A DNA stretch of 64,000 nucleotides from assembly GCF_009914755.1 (NCBI RefSeq), contig NC_060947.1. One strand, given 5' to 3'. This document shows, in pieces, positions 15,071 through 29,982 of the stretch. The notes under the pieces were generated by a model, which was given only the letters and a program-made list of their open reading frames with translations, searched no databases and had not been told where the DNA came from. The stretch's first letter is position 1. The number at the start of each line of letters is the position of its first letter. This stretch comes from the human T2T-CHM13v2.0 reference genome, Homo sapiens. A program made the translations under genes and the position numbers.

Positions 15071-15231
15071 TTATTTTAACATTTATTTTACGTTCAGGGG
15101 TACATGTGCAGGTTTGTAATATAAGTAAATTGCATATCACAGGGGTTTGGTGGACAAAAAACAACCCCATAAAAAAGTGGGCAAAGGACATGAACAGACA
15201 CTTTTCAAAAGAAAACTTACATGCGGCCAAA
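15071..15231. mobile_element. Short rearranged older L1PA: antisense 3' terminus joined to a sense ORF2 fragment
   Basis: 15071-15155 is the L1 3' end on the minus strand (ttcaggggtacatgtgcaggtttg). About 15155-15231 is L1 ORF2 on the plus strand (aaccccataaaaaagtgggcaaaggacatgaacagacacttttcaaaagaa). Confidence 0.75.
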
Positions 15232-16251
15232 AACTGCCTGTGGGAATAGTGGTGATAGAGGGCAAGGGCTTTGCCAAGGCTGGCTCTGAGCTGACATGAG
15301 TTCTGCTGCTTGGTTTCTTACCAAACATACAAGAAAGGAGAAGAGTTGCTAAGTCTCCTACCAATAGAAGGGAAGGGAGCTACAGATTCTGCCTCAAGCT
15401 GTCCTTGAGCCTTCTTCCACCTGCCTTCTTCCACCTGCTTTTTGCTATTCCCTTGCCTTTTTCCATCTGTAATAGGTATTTTTTAAGGTTCATCATGGGG
15501 AATTCTCCTTTTGGAGTCAGGTCTACATCAGTGAGGTACAACTGAGCACAGATTTAATGCCATTCTTGATTGGGAGAGCACCCTCCAAAACATAGACAAA
15601 TTCCACATTTTTTGAAAAATCTCCTTAGAAAGAAACAATCCAGAAAAAAAAAATACAGAAATGCCAGGCTGAGGAAAAAAAAAGGCAGTGCCTAAGGGAA
15701 GCAGATGATTCTTCCTGTTGTCTTTTGTGATTTCAGAAGTACTTCAAACTAGGAATGGCCTTCTTTGGGAATCTGTTCTTTTGATGAATGTTCCTGGGAA
15801 TCAGACAACAAAAAGTCCTGCTTTATCCATCTGGCCACGTCTTGTTAGTATTTAGTGGTGCTTACCATGTAGTAGGTGTTTCAATTACCAAGTAGGGTTT
15901 TTTTAAAGGGGTCAAGATTCTCAAACTCCTTTCTGTACCTTCTAGAAAAGACCCCAAATTCCTTAAATTCATTCCAAAATAATTTTCTCATGTGAATGCC
16001 TTCTTATTTCTTTTTTCTAAAACAAACAAGTAACAATTTCTCCTAGAACTATCTTTTAGACTTAAAAGATGAAAAATACTGGTTAAATTAAGTAATTAAA
16101 TTCAAATGAAATCAAGTGAGAAATGATACTAGAGGGGTATTTGCATGCTCTGAGCAGGAGACAGACATGTTGGCAAAGAGAGGAAGTGGCTTTATCTGTG
16201 AATTCTCTTGGCATGACAAGACTCTTTCTAACTGATTCAGACTCTCTCTGC

Positions 16252-16252
<1 letters not shown>

Positions 16253-16284
<32 letters not shown>
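16253..16284. repeat. Poly(A)32 tract with no recognisable SINE or LINE head
   Basis: Counted directly. Confidence 0.9.
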
Positions 16285-16285
<1 letters not shown>

Positions 16286-17004
16286 ACTCTGCTAGCTTTC
16301 TGGCCAACTCATTCTCCTCAGTACCCTTTTTTACTATGACCAGGTCTAGCTTCAGGCAAAAGGGTAAAATAGATGAAAATTTGTCTTTGGCTCCCCTCTA
16401 GTTAGTAACGTGGAACTGGAAATTCAGAAGTTAGCCACGATGAGATGAGAGTTGAAACCACAGGTAACAATACTGAGGGATGAAAGTGAAGGACAGAACC
16501 TTAAAGAACAAACCTTCATTGATTATCTCCTAAGACAAGCACTCTGAATAGTCCCTTGGGGTACAAAGGTGCACCTTAATTGAGAGAGCAGAACTAGGAA
16601 GGAAAGTCAAAGAAGGAACATTCAGAAAGGTAGGAGGAGAACCTGTAGTCTTTCATAACAGAGAGCTAAGGAAAGCACGTACATAGTGCAAAAGGCCAAT
16701 GGCATCACACAAGCAGTTAATGTCTGAAGGAAGATATTTGAATTTAGTAGCCAAGTATATAATTCAAGAAACAATTTCAGTAATTTGGAGGGGCTGGAAA
16801 TTAAGTCTCAGGGGTATAAGGAGAAAGTGGTGTTGATATCAAGACAGTAAAGCTGTCTTTTTTCAATAATACTGGTGGTGTTAGGGAGGGATGTAATGTG
16901 GTTAAGAAGGCAGCAGGATCAAAAGGTGGGAGGAGTGTTTTCTGTTTCATTTTTGTCTGTTAGTAAATAGGATTACCTGAAAATGATTTTAAGTGAATAA
17001 AACA

Positions 17005-17990
17005 GATCAATGATTTTCAAATTATAGCAAGCATTACAACAAACTGGAAGGCCACATGAGTCTCACGCCTCCACAATTTCTCATCCCATACATCTGGGGT
17101 GGAGCCCGAGAACTGGCATTTCTTTTTCTTTTTCTTTTTTATTTTTTTTATTATACTTTAAGTTCTAGGGTACACGTGCACAACGTGCAGGTTTGTTACA
17201 TAGGTATACATGTGCCATGTTGGTTTGCTGCACCAATCAACACGTCATTTACGTTAGGCATTTTTCCTAATGCTATCCCTCCCCCAGCCCCCCACCCCCG
17301 ACAGGCCCCAGTGTGTGGTGTTCCCCCACCTGTGACCATGTGTTCTCATTGTTCAACTCCCACCTATGAGTGAGAACATGTGGTGTTTGGTTTTCTGTCC
17401 TTTTGATAGTTTGCTGAGAATGATGGTTTCCAGCTTCATCCATGTCCCTGCAAAGGACATGAACTCATCCTTTTTTATGGATGCATAGTATTCCATGGTG
17501 TATATGTGCCACATTTTCTTAATCCAGTCTATCATTGATGGACATTTGGGTTGGTTCCAAGTCTTTGCTATTGTGAATAGTGCCGCAATAAACATACATG
17601 TGCATGTGTCTTTATAGTAGCATGACTTATAATCCTTTAGATACATACCCAGTAATGGGATCACTGGGTCAAATGGTATTTCTAGTTCTATATTCTTGAA
17701 GAATTGCCACACTGTCTTCCACGATGGTTGAACTAATTTACACTCCCAACAACAGTGTAAAAGCGTTCCTATTTCTCCACATCCTCTCCAGCATCTGTTG
17801 TTTCCTGACTTTTTAATGATCGCCATTCTAACTGTGTGAGATGGTATCTCATTGTGGTTTTGATTTGCATTTCTCTGACGACCAGTGATGATGAGCATTT
17901 TTTCATGTGTCTGTTGAACTGGCATTTCTAACAAGTTCCCAGGTGACTCTTTTGCTGCTAATCTAGGACCCATACTTTAAGAGCCACCGG
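17005..17990. mobile_element. MER5-type hAT-Charlie fossil split by an L1 insertion
   Basis: MER5 motif ctggggtggagcccgagaactggcatttct|aacaagttcccaggtgactct...tttaagagccac is restored when the L1 and one TSD copy are removed. Confidence 0.7.
17124..17915 (-). mobile_element. 5'-truncated L1PA (L1PA5/6-like): end of ORF2, 3'UTR and poly(A)
   Basis: ORF track 17353-17973 (-) gives the L1 ORF2 C-terminus ([23 protein letters not shown]...HIYTMEYY). Perfect 14-bp TSD gaactggcatttct at 17110-17123 and 17916-17929. Confidence 0.95.
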
Positions 17991-18684
17991 AATAGATTAG
18001 TGGAGAAGGGAAAAATTAAAGATGTAAAAGAGATAGTAGATAGAGCTGGGTTTTAAGAAGCGACAGAGAAATATAGAATGCATGGAATAAGTTGATCAAA
18101 TCTTAGAAAGTGTCACTTTCTGTGAGATGGAAACACACAGAAGAAATGTATAAAGATGCTGCAATATGTTGACAAAGTTGGGGGAGGGGGAACTGAGATG
18201 ATAGAGCTTATATCAAATGGCCTCCATCTTCTCAGTAAAGAAAGAGGCAAGATCATCTGCAGAGAGGATAGGACTGATAAGGATTAGGAACTGGGAAAAG
18301 TTTGAAATAAGCATCATCCACAGACACAGAGGAGAATCTACTTTTGGGGGGATAGATGGGTTAAATTTTAGAAATGATGAGTTTGAAATGGTGGTGAGCC
18401 TCCAAGGTAGATTTGATCAGTAGGCAGTTGGCTTCAATAAACCCATGCTTTCTGCAACTTCCACTAGGATGTAAAGGATGTAGGATGCCCTCCATGCAGG
18501 TAAGTATTTTTGTCTGTTTTGTCTGTCTTGTTCACTGCTTCATTCCTAGCACCTAGAATAGTGCTTGGCACAGAATAAAGACTCAAATTTGCATTGGAAT
18601 GAACCTAAGAGGGGTTGGCTAAGGTTGATAATTGCATATAAAAGTAGTGTATAGTAGAAACCTGCAAGTATCTATGGAGTTAGA

Positions 18685-18900
18685 ACATTATGTTCATTAA
18701 GCAACTGGGTTCTGGAATCTGAAGACCAGGGTTCTAATCCCAGCCTCTCTGTGCTTTAGTTTCTCCATCTCCAACATGGGAATGGTGATTGTACCAATAT
18801 CAAGGTTACTGTGAGAATTAAATGACATAGTAAGTGTAATGTGCTTAGCAAAGTGCCTCATATAGAATAAGCACTCAATAAATGTTAGCTAGCTGTTTAT
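18685..18900 (+). mobile_element. MIR
   Basis: agtttctccatctccaacatgggaatggtgatt...gtgagaattaaatga...gcactcaataaatgttagcta. Confidence 0.65.
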
Positions 18901-20061
18901 CATCTGCATTTCCCTTTCAACTAATTAAGGAGTATTCCTCAACTGGTTTATCATATGTAATTCAAAGGAGTAAAATTTCATTTCTTTGAAAATATACTCT
19001 ATATCAGACTTCCCTACCTCTGCCCTTTGGTAGGGGTATTGAGGCATTACTGTTCTGAACATAGAAAAAAAATGATCAAAACTTGTGTTTTCACTTCATA
19101 TATGATATACCATCCAAAAGCCTTTCCTTAGTCAGAAGGATTTTTCTTTGTGTGCATTTTAAGGCCTGGCTTCAGACTATGACTTACTACTGCTGGAAAG
19201 GAACAATTACAGAAAACAAAAGAAATAAATGTAGAAAATCCTAGTGCCTATTTTCAAGGGATTAATATAAAAAACATTGCCTGCCTTTGCCTAAGTTAAT
19301 TGTGCAGTGCACTACTGACATTTATTTTATTGATTCAATCCATGTGAGTGCTACACTGATATTATCACTAGAAAATATAGCTTACTACATAAATTGTGTT
19401 CTGACAACTGTTTTACCCTTGTTATTGCCCAGGCAAAATTCTTTCATGTTTGCATATGTCATATACAGTAATCAACAACTTATTTTTTAGGCATCTACAG
19501 TTTCTTTAGTTTAGAATCTGTTGCAGTGATACATACAAAAATAGAAGATTGAGTCTCTGCCTTCAAAAAACCTGTTTTAAAAGATATGCTTTCAAAAAAA
19601 TTCAAGAATAACATAAGACAGCAAACACCTAAGAATTAAACTGCTGTGGCCCTGTGTGGCACCTCATGGTGTAGAGTGAAGCAGATATAAGAAGTATAGG
19701 ATATTATGCCTGCTCCACAAGAATTTTCAGTCAAGTGAGGGAGATAAGACATAAGAACACGAAAATTAAAATAAGAAAACGAGAGTTAAATAGTGACATG
19801 TCACAAGGCAGTACAAGTTGTATTATAAGGTAGCAAAAACACACTATTAGGAAAAGAAAGCAGAGTCGGTTGCTCTAAGCCAATGTGTCTCAGAAGACAA
19901 AAGGCCAGCACCCTTTCTTTAATTTACCATCAAGTTAAAGCACTTTAGAACCCACTGAATGCTACCACTTTTCTAACCTAAGCATTGATAATTCAATTGG
20001 TTGTAAAGATTTAGGACTTGATATTTTCACCAAAGAAGTATATTAAGCGACAAATAACTGA

Positions 20062-20649
<588 letters not shown>

Positions 20650-21781
20650 TGAAGTGAGTGTGTCATTGGTGTTGCTTTGAATGTCTTTCATGCATTTCTA
20701 TGGTATTGTATATACATTAAAACAAACATTTGAACTCTGGATAAAGGCAACATTGCCACTAATATTAATATTATTCAGATAAAGTAAATACTAAATCTTC
20801 ATCAGATCAAACAGACATGGTTTCCTAATTAATTGTACTGAAGTGTTTTCTCATTTCTAAAGAGATTGGATCCAGACAAAATTTAAAAGAACATAGAACT
20901 CTTCTTTAAATCCCTCCTACCTTCTCCTTTCAATGCCCTCCCTTTTTCATTTTGCTCTCAGACTGCCTACAACTATCCATTATAGTATCCCACCCAAGTT
21001 TTCTAGTTAAAACTATAAAACTTCTCAAAGAAAACATAGGAGAATATCTGTTTTACCTTGGTTTGGACAAAGTGCTCTTAGATAAGACACAAAAAGCACA
21101 ATCCATTAAAAATTTGATAAACTGGACTTCATCAAAATTCAAAACCTTGCATTTAAAAAGACGTATTAAGAAAATGAAAAAAAAACCCGACTGGGAGAAA
21201 ACATTAGTAAATCATGTGTCTGATAAAGGACTTGCATCCAGAATATATAACACCTCTTACAACTCAATAAAAAGAAGACAATCCAATTTTTTAATGGACA
21301 AAAGATTTGAATGGACATTTCCCCAAAGAAGATATATAAATGGCTAATAAGCACAACAAAAGATACTCAACATTGTTGGCCATTAGGGAAATGCAAATTA
21401 AAACCACAATGAGATGCTTCCATACATCCTCTAGAATGGCTGCAATCAAAAAGATAGGCAATACCAAGTGCTGATGACAATGTAGAACAACTGGAACTTT
21501 CATCCACTAGTAGTGGGAATGCAAAATGCTACAGCCACATTGGAAAATAGCTTGGCAGTTTCTTATCAAGTAAGATAAATACTTAAAATATAACACAGCA
21601 ATTCTATTCTTAGCTATTTACCTAAGAGAAAGGAAAACATATTCACACAAAAAGTTATACACAAATGTTCATAGTAACTTTATAATATTAAAAAAGTAGA
21701 AACAACCCAAATGTCTATCAACTCGTGAATAAATAAACAAAATATTTTATATCTATATAGTGGAATACTATTCACCAATTA

Positions 21782-22133
<352 letters not shown>

Positions 22134-22312
22134 AAAAAAGTTATGCTAAGTGAAATAAGCCAGATGCAAAAGGCCACATATCATGCCATTTGAATCCCAT
22201 TTATTGAATATCTCATATTGTATGATTCTATTTGTCCAGAATAGGCAGTCTACAGAGACAGAAAGTACGTTAGTTGTTGCCAAGGGCTTGCAGGGAGCAG
22301 AGAGGGGATAAT

Positions 22313-22522
22313 CAGGGCCAGTATCAGGGTGAGGCAAGTGAGCCTGAGTAAAGCAAGTACAGGGATCACATCCAAGCTTTATTTAAAATTTTGATATTAT
22401 GCATTAATTTTTTAAATATTGGACTAAAATTCTATTTATCTTGATTAATGAGATTTTGATGCCCCTTTAAACTTTGCGTGTGGGGAAGTTGCCTCACTTG
22501 CCTCATCCTAGTCCTAGGCCTG
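22313..22522. mobile_element. MER96-like hAT MITE with terminal inverted repeats
   Basis: cagggccagtatcagggtgaggcaagtgag ... ctcacttgcctcatcctagtcctaggcctg form imperfect inverted termini. Family name from recall. Confidence 0.7.
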
Positions 22523-23609
22523 CCAGGATTAACTGCAAATGAGCATGAAGGAACTTTTTAGGGTGATAAAAATGCTCTAAAATTGGATCGTGATGATAGT
22601 TGCACAACTCTACGTTTACTAAAATCACTGATCGTACACTTGTATTGGTGAATTTTATGGTATGCAAATTTTATCTAAGAAAAGCAAAATATTGAACATG
22701 AATGTCCTGAGCCTCACAAACTTAGTCTAAACCTAAACAAATATGGCGGTGAATTCTTAATCATAATACATTGTAGGTGACTGTAACATCTTTATATTTT
22801 GAGACAAAAAAGCTGTAGGTTTTGGTAAACTTGAACATTAATCCAGATACTGACCAGAGTCAATTATACAAACACATTAGGGATTTTCATGTGAAATATA
22901 AAGACTCAGAAGAGTCCTACCATGTTTTTACAGCATACTTCATTTTGAGATTATCCACTTGGACCATAAAACATTTAAAAAGAAGCTTTGCAGCATAACT
23001 AATTGGTAACCATATTCAGCAGCTTTTTAAAATAGTCTGTATGGGGTATGCCTCATTTATCGAAGTCACACTTTTTTTGGCTTTTCTCAATCTGCTTGAT
23101 TACATTCTCCAAATTATTTCACTCCCTGTTCCTTTTGTGCTTAGAATGTATGTCATTTTTTGTATTATCTGGGAGTTTATTTTGCTAGTTTCTTTATTTT
23201 TTGAAATGTTCACTTCAAGAGACTATGGTTTCTGAATGATCCTATAATTAAATGATTTTTAACATGGCTGGTAATCTATGTTGAGACAATACTAAAGAGT
23301 CATTAAGGCTCAAGATTTTATTGGTTTCTGTAAGTGAATTTTCAGAACTAAGTTTGTGGTATCCCCATTGGAGTGCTGCATACTACTCTGCATACTCAAA
23401 AAGCACTCTTCTCATTTTTAGAAGAATTTATATATATATTGATTCATTAAGTAATAACTTAAAGATTATGGCCTGAAAATGACAAGTTGAACAGGTTTGT
23501 TAATGTCTTATAGTAGAATGTAAGCTGTGGCTCTTCTTTGGCACTGAGATATATCAAATGCTTTTTTTCAAAGTATGTATTTTATTATACTAAACTAGAC
23601 ACTGTCATA

Positions 23610-23835
23610 AAGAGCAATGGCTTTCAAAATTTTTTTTACCATGACCCACAGTAAGAAGTAAATTTTCCATCACAACTCAGTATACACATATGTATATAAC
23701 CAAAGGTTCACCATACTTTACCCTTACAATGTGCAATGCACTCCGATATTTTCTATTGTGTCATTTTTTTTTTAATTCTGGTTACAATTCAACCCAGAAA
23801 TAGGGCACACAACCTACAGAATAACACTAGCCTAG
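23610..23835. mobile_element. Probable hAT-Charlie DNA transposon fossil
   Basis: agcaatggctttcaaa...gacccacagtaagaagtaaattttccatc resembles Charlie-family termini. Subfamily not assigned. Confidence 0.4.
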
Positions 23836-25264
23836 AGTAACAAATATTATTCTTACTATACTTTTAAGTAATAAATTATTGCCTTTATGAGCTCTATGTT
23901 TTCCACCATATGGGTGATCCCTCCTCCAATATTGTCTTTTGTGTGTCTTTCGAAATAAATTATACCTTTAAGCATTTTAATAAAATGTTATGCTTCTTAG
24001 CATATTTCTGATATATACTAGTGAAGAGGAAACATGTTTCTCCTTGTCTTGAGAGCTCTATTCATTATATGTTTGTGCTCAATTGTATAACAGCAATCAC
24101 TGTGATGTTTCTAGAACTATTAACAGATTTAGAAATTTCTGATAATAACACAGTTGTTACTCTAAGATTTGTGGTTGCCTTGACTACAAACACCAGCAGT
24201 ATACTTTATTTCTGTTTAATGGCCACAGTTGGAATGCAAACTCTTCAGAAAGCCCAGAATGTGAGCATGCATTATACACTCTGACTTTTCTCAAAATTGA
24301 AGCAATTCAAGAAATTATGAGACCACATTTTAAAGTAGAATTTAAGTATTAGAGCAGGAGAAAATGTCAGACATAAATTAGCCCAACTGCTTCCATTTAC
24401 TGGGGGCAGAGGGACAACAACCACCTTCCCTCAGCTCCCACTGTGTATAGGCACTTTACCTCCATTATCAGGTGGATTTTAATCCTCAAAACACCACTGC
24501 AGCGTGGGCATTATACTTATTTTTAAGTTGAAGAAGGTGATAGTCAGATTAAATAATTTGCCCAGCCACACAGCTAATGGCAGAGCCTGAGTACAAACCA
24601 AGCTCCAATTCCAAAACATGCTCTTTCCACTTCATGCTGCTTTTTCCAATATCACAGACAAGGGAACAGCACCCGAAGGATGATGTGATGAAATCCAAGG
24701 TCATGGAGGTTTTCAGAGGCAACAGTATGATTATTTCCACTACTGCACACTGCCTCCTACTACCAACCTGAAGTTGCACTGTTTGTTCCATTCCTCTCCT
24801 CATGCTCAGGCATAAGAGCTGTTTTCCATTCTTTCAACCTCTAAAGAAACTCTACCTTTTTTCTGGTTTGCAATGAAAGAAGGCAGTGAGCATTTAAAAT
24901 ATTATCGAGAGTGTGTATGCTCAAAGTAAGAGACTGGGAAATCAGAAACAAGACATCATGAGAAAAACTGATGGCATCATTACATTTCCACCAAATTATT
25001 CACAGCTACCTAGAAGCTTAAAGAGTCTATGTCAATATTAGGTTTGAACTACCATAATTGTTCAGAGTGAATAAGTTTGTTCTACATGAAGCTGGAGGCT
25101 GAGCTAACTCTAGAGAAGGTAATCAATATAATAACCTGAGGTTTTGTCCACATACAAACTGATTTATTAGGAGGAGTCGGTGGAAGGTACGAGGAGATTC
25201 AATTCAACCTTTTTCCCCCTGAGTGGGGAAGGAGAAGACAGGCAATGGGTACAGGCAGATGGAA

Positions 25265-25448
25265 GAAGCATAGTGGTTAAGCACGTGGGCACTGGAGTTA
25301 GCCTCACTAGATTCACAATCTGCTTAGCAGTTGTGTAACCTGGGGCAAATCACTAAACCTTGCTAAGCCTCAGTTCTTCATCTGTGAAATAAAAAGCACA
25401 GTGCCTAGCATGTAAGTTCTCAATAAATAATAGCTATTGTCATTATTA
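25265..25448 (+). mobile_element. MIR
   Basis: gcatagtggttaagcacgtgggcactggagt...ggcaaatcactaaaccttgctaagcctcagttcttcatctgtgaaat. Confidence 0.7.
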
Positions 25449-27989
25449 AATTGGCTGCACATAATCATGCTAGTTTCACAAATACTAACAGCTAATATAA
25501 CATTTGCATTTTAGTTCCTAAAACTCCTTGGGAATACAGTTGAAATACCAGTTAGTATCAAAGAGCTGACCTCTGATGAGAAATAACCAGCAACACTCCT
25601 TCTTGAACTTGCTTTTGTTAAAGATTACAACTCTTGCAAATATTTTTATTGTATTATTCTACTATGTCTTACTGATATTGGCTGGAAGTTGTAACTTTAT
25701 TTTTAATACGAAATTTATTTCCTTTGTAAAACTTGGATAGAACCACTAAGCAGTCCAGAGTCCAAGTCCTTCCAGACAAATGCTCCCCCTGCTGACTTTC
25801 TGTGCAGCTGCAGGGACATCTGAGGGCTAGACAAATTGAAGACATGAGAGTTGGGGGAATTATTACAGAGAAAATGGAAAGAACAGATGAACTTGAACCT
25901 GATTACTGTGTATAGATGTTTCCAAAGGTGTTACTCTCCTGTTAAGTTTTCAAGATATGAAGTACTTTGTTGAAGAGGGCAGGGGGTCTGTCCAGATTAG
26001 TTGACACGTAGATCCTCCTTTAAAATGTAAAGTATGTGCAGAATAATAAAAGACATGAAGGGTATAAAATAAATGAGATCAAAGACAATAGGATTTTTGG
26101 CTATATTTTAAGCATACCCTTTCCTCTGCTGATGTATGACCACTGTCTTTATCTTACTGCAAATTCACTTCAAAGTAGTAGTGATGTAATAATAAATTAA
26201 TGAGGTAATAGCAGAATTTTTATTACAACTACTTCATGGCTTTTCTGGCTAAAAGCTGTAGTTTTCAGTCTTTGGGACATGGTTACTTATTCCCATCAGA
26301 GAAGACTGTAAGAACCAAAGATTGATTCTGCACATTTTTTAAAAATCTGCCACAGACATGGCATTAAATGGAGTATAGAAATGATGCATACTTTGGAAGA
26401 AAGAAGAGAGAAAAAGGAATGATAAAGAGTTTGTACAATAGAGAAGCAGTTTTCAGTCCCAGCTCTTCATCTTGTAAAGCTAGTAAAGTGAAGATTATAA
26501 AATTTACTTACAAGATGAAGGTTATAGCACATAGCTCACTTTTATTATCATTTCAAAGGTCATAAAATATATTTTATTATTAACTCAGAAAATCTAGTTC
26601 TTTATTATTACAGATAACAAGAGCATTGTATATTATTTGATGTACGTATTTTGCAGTGCTTTTTATATGTCTGTTTTCCTCTTGTTGCTAATTTACTTTC
26701 ATTAACTTCACGCCTCCTCTTACATTTCCTCAAAAGGTATGATACGCTTCTTATAATGCACTTTTATAAACACTAAATGTGCAGCATTTTACAGCCATTT
26801 CATTACGCTAACCTTGAAATCTGTCTTGTGCAACAAAACTATTTGAAATGAATGTTAAACATTTTGTAGCTGCATTAATGGAGGGAAAGATACTGGAAAA
26901 TGACAGGTCTTTTTAACTCAACTATAAAGTCTTGTCTTATTTTAATAGATCCTTTATAAAATGTGATGGGATTGACCCATCAGTCACTTTTTATATAACC
27001 TCCATGTGAAATGTGAGTTTAAGTGGCTATAGTTTCCCTAATGAGAAAAGGTAAATGTAAAAATGCCTATGGAGCTTCTTCCCTGTAGGTTCCACTGCAC
27101 TTTTTCTCAGTGAAAGGATTGAGGCGCTTATGCTAAACAAGGGAATAAAGTGGTGGAAATTCCATCAAATCTTTTGTCTAAGCTACTACTGTTTTGAGGC
27201 GAGAATGTTGAATGCAAGCTTGTGCATTCCACACTGATTCCACTGAAGCTCCTTTTCTATCTCTGCTGAGGTATGCAGGTACTGTTATACCATTTTTATG
27301 TGGGTAATCACCCAAATTCTCCATGATCATAGGTATATCATGACATTAACCACAAAATTGCCAAAGTCAATAACCATGTAGACAAGAGGCCATGAAAATG
27401 ACCATTTTGCATTTAGATTTATTTTCAGTCATGTCAACAACCAACAGCTGAGTCATTCAGATCAACCACATGATGATCTGAGTCAGTACTAAAGTGGCCA
27501 AAATAACCAGATTATGATGTGCAGGCTTGATTTTAGATCAGACTGACACAGCCACAGTCCATTAGCCTCAATACAATGGCACAGTGTAATTTCCATAAAT
27601 TACTGTATTTTTCTCCACATTGTCAAGTAGACAATGCATAAACTACCATTAGTATTCACAGCAGCAAAATATACCTCTTTCCATATCAAACTGTGATTCT
27701 GGAATTACTCCAAAGTCAGTTTTCTCCTTGGTCTGGCAAAACCTCATCATTCCAAATAAAAATGACAGTCACAGTTCTGTCCCAAATGAACAACAGATAA
27801 TAAACAATAATTATACAAATATGTTTGGTTTTCATGCCACTATATTTCTCAGTGTTTGGAGAAAATTTGTACCTTCTATAACTTGCACACCATTTTGGAT
27901 TTTCTTATACAAAATACGGGTATTTTATACTACAAAAATGTGGGTATTTCTCTCCTAGTGTATAAGTTTAAATGTTTTATTTTCTATTC

Positions 27990-28165
27990 TGCCTCTCTGT
28001 GCCTCAGTTTCTTTATCTGTAAAATACCTCTGTTTGCTTATCTTTAAAATAGTACCTAACCATAGGGATAGAGAATTAAAATAGTTGGCACAGGTAAAGC
28101 AATTAGAACAGAGTCTGGCACACAAGAAGTGCTCAATAAGTATTAGCTATAATTGTTATCATTTT
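27990..28165 (+). mobile_element. MIR 3' part
   Basis: cctctctgtgcctcagtttctttatctgtaaaat...gtgctcaataagtattagctat. Confidence 0.65.
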
Positions 28166-29099
28166 TCTTCCTCTATTACTATGGATGTTTCTTTGGAATG
28201 TTAATCTTTTATATAGCAAAATTATTTCTAGAGTCAGATCAGTTCAGAATAAATTAAATGTATGTGGCAACAATGAAGAAAGACTCTGAAAGGTCTAAAT
28301 GCATAATCAAAACACCCTGTATACTTTTAGCATTCAGAAGTGTGCCACATTCTTTTCTGACTCATCCAGATGTTTTTACTTCTGATTAAAAGAGAAATGT
28401 TCCCAGATGAAATCCTGAGATAGTGTAACTGTTAGAAAAATCTACTGCAAAGCAGATTTTCAAATTCAAAAAGCTAAAAGTGATCATGTTCAGGAAATAA
28501 ATACGGGTTGTCTCAGGAATCCAGGGACGAACAGGAACTACAGATTTAAAAAAAATCAAGTCAGTTTGTTATAGTTAACCAATAATAAATATTTATCAAA
28601 ATACCTGCCAAAATTATTCAGAGTGTAGCATCTAAAACAACTGAGTTTTCCAGAGGCCAGAAAAAGGTTACCTTGGGACACAGGAATTTAAATTTGCTTT
28701 AAAGTGGTGAAATGCTGGTACAGAGAAGAGCTTGATTTGCCGGCTCTCAGCCCAGAACTACCCTCTTCCCACAGAGCCTGGAGATATGCCAGGCTCCTAC
28801 GCCTATTCTTGACTTTATGACAGAGTGGGTTCTCTTCCTGTGAGTTTTTCTGGGCATGGGAGAACATAGCGTAACTAGGATGGAGCTCTGCCACACAGCA
28901 GAATTATCCTAAGGATGATGTGGCAATGTTTTATAAAACCTAGGGAGCAGATTTTCATTTCTGCAGACAGAGCCAGCCTTCAGCAACACTGTGAAGGAGA
29001 TGAAGTTTCCTGAGTACAAGCCATTACCCATCACTGAGCATTCAATTCCCTCACACTGTCCAATAACTTCTTATGGTCCCTGTCTCTGAGGAACACTCA

Positions 29100-29455
29100 T
29101 GATGCAGGACCAAACTTGCAACCCTGTCTGCACCTTGAGAGTTTTATAAAGTGCTGCTGCTTAGTCCCAACCCCCAGGGTTATGATTTAATTGGTCTTGA
29201 AGCCTAGGCAAGGTTTTTTGTCTTTTTGTGTTGACGTGTTTTGACTGAAGCTCCCTAGATGATATTGATATGCAGGCAGAACTGAGAATCACTGATGTAG
29301 AAGAACAATGTTTCTCAGTTTGGTCTGCAGACCACTTGCAGCAGAATCACCTGTGATGCTTAAGAAGTGCAGATTCTTGGGCATTCAGCTATTCTGAATC
29401 TGCATTTTAACAAACACCTCAGGTAATGCTGATGCACAGTAACATTTAAGAACAA
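29100..29455. mobile_element. Two adjacent MER5-type DNA transposon fossils
   Basis: gaagctccctagatgatattgatatgcaggcagaactgagaatcactg and ctgaatctgcattttaacaaacacctcaggtaatgctgatgcaca. Confidence 0.55.
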
Positions 29456-29982
29456 AAATTTCCCCTTATTAAAACTTACCCATCTTCTTTCCCATTCCCT
29501 ACTAACTGAATAAACAGTGGGTGCTGTTGAAGTAATGTGTTACATTTTGATCAAGCCTCCTGAAAACAACACAGAGCGTGATTCCAATAGAATTTCTCCA
29601 TCAGACCAGGAGGATGATTTTGTTTTCGTTTTCTGTGTGTGGGGGTGGAAGGGGGTGTGGAGGAAGCAAGCCTTTTGATGCCTCTAATCCCACTATACAG
29701 GTAGTTTCCTACTTCACTTGGAGTCTGCCCTGAGTGGTTAAGGCTTAGTTGTCAAAGGAGAAAGTTTCTAATCTCCTGGGCCCCAAAAGCTATTTATATG
29801 AAGATGATGAGAAATATTATCATCTAGCTCCTTGCCTTATGGATGACCAACTCCACAAAATAGCAATGTCTTTGTTAAATTTATTAAACTCAAAGTGAAT
29901 AGTGCTCATTTTCCAGCACCTACCCATTTATCTTCAAGTGAGAAGAGGTTTTTGACTATGTTTCTCTCATGACATTACCTTG

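Noticed and set aside
17353-17973. 206-aa minus-strand ORF, the longest in the window
   Set aside because: It is a MER5/L1 ORF2 chimaera from a 5'-truncated L1 and is not a gene. The ORFs at 20952, 42732, 43431 and 55681 are likewise L1-derived.
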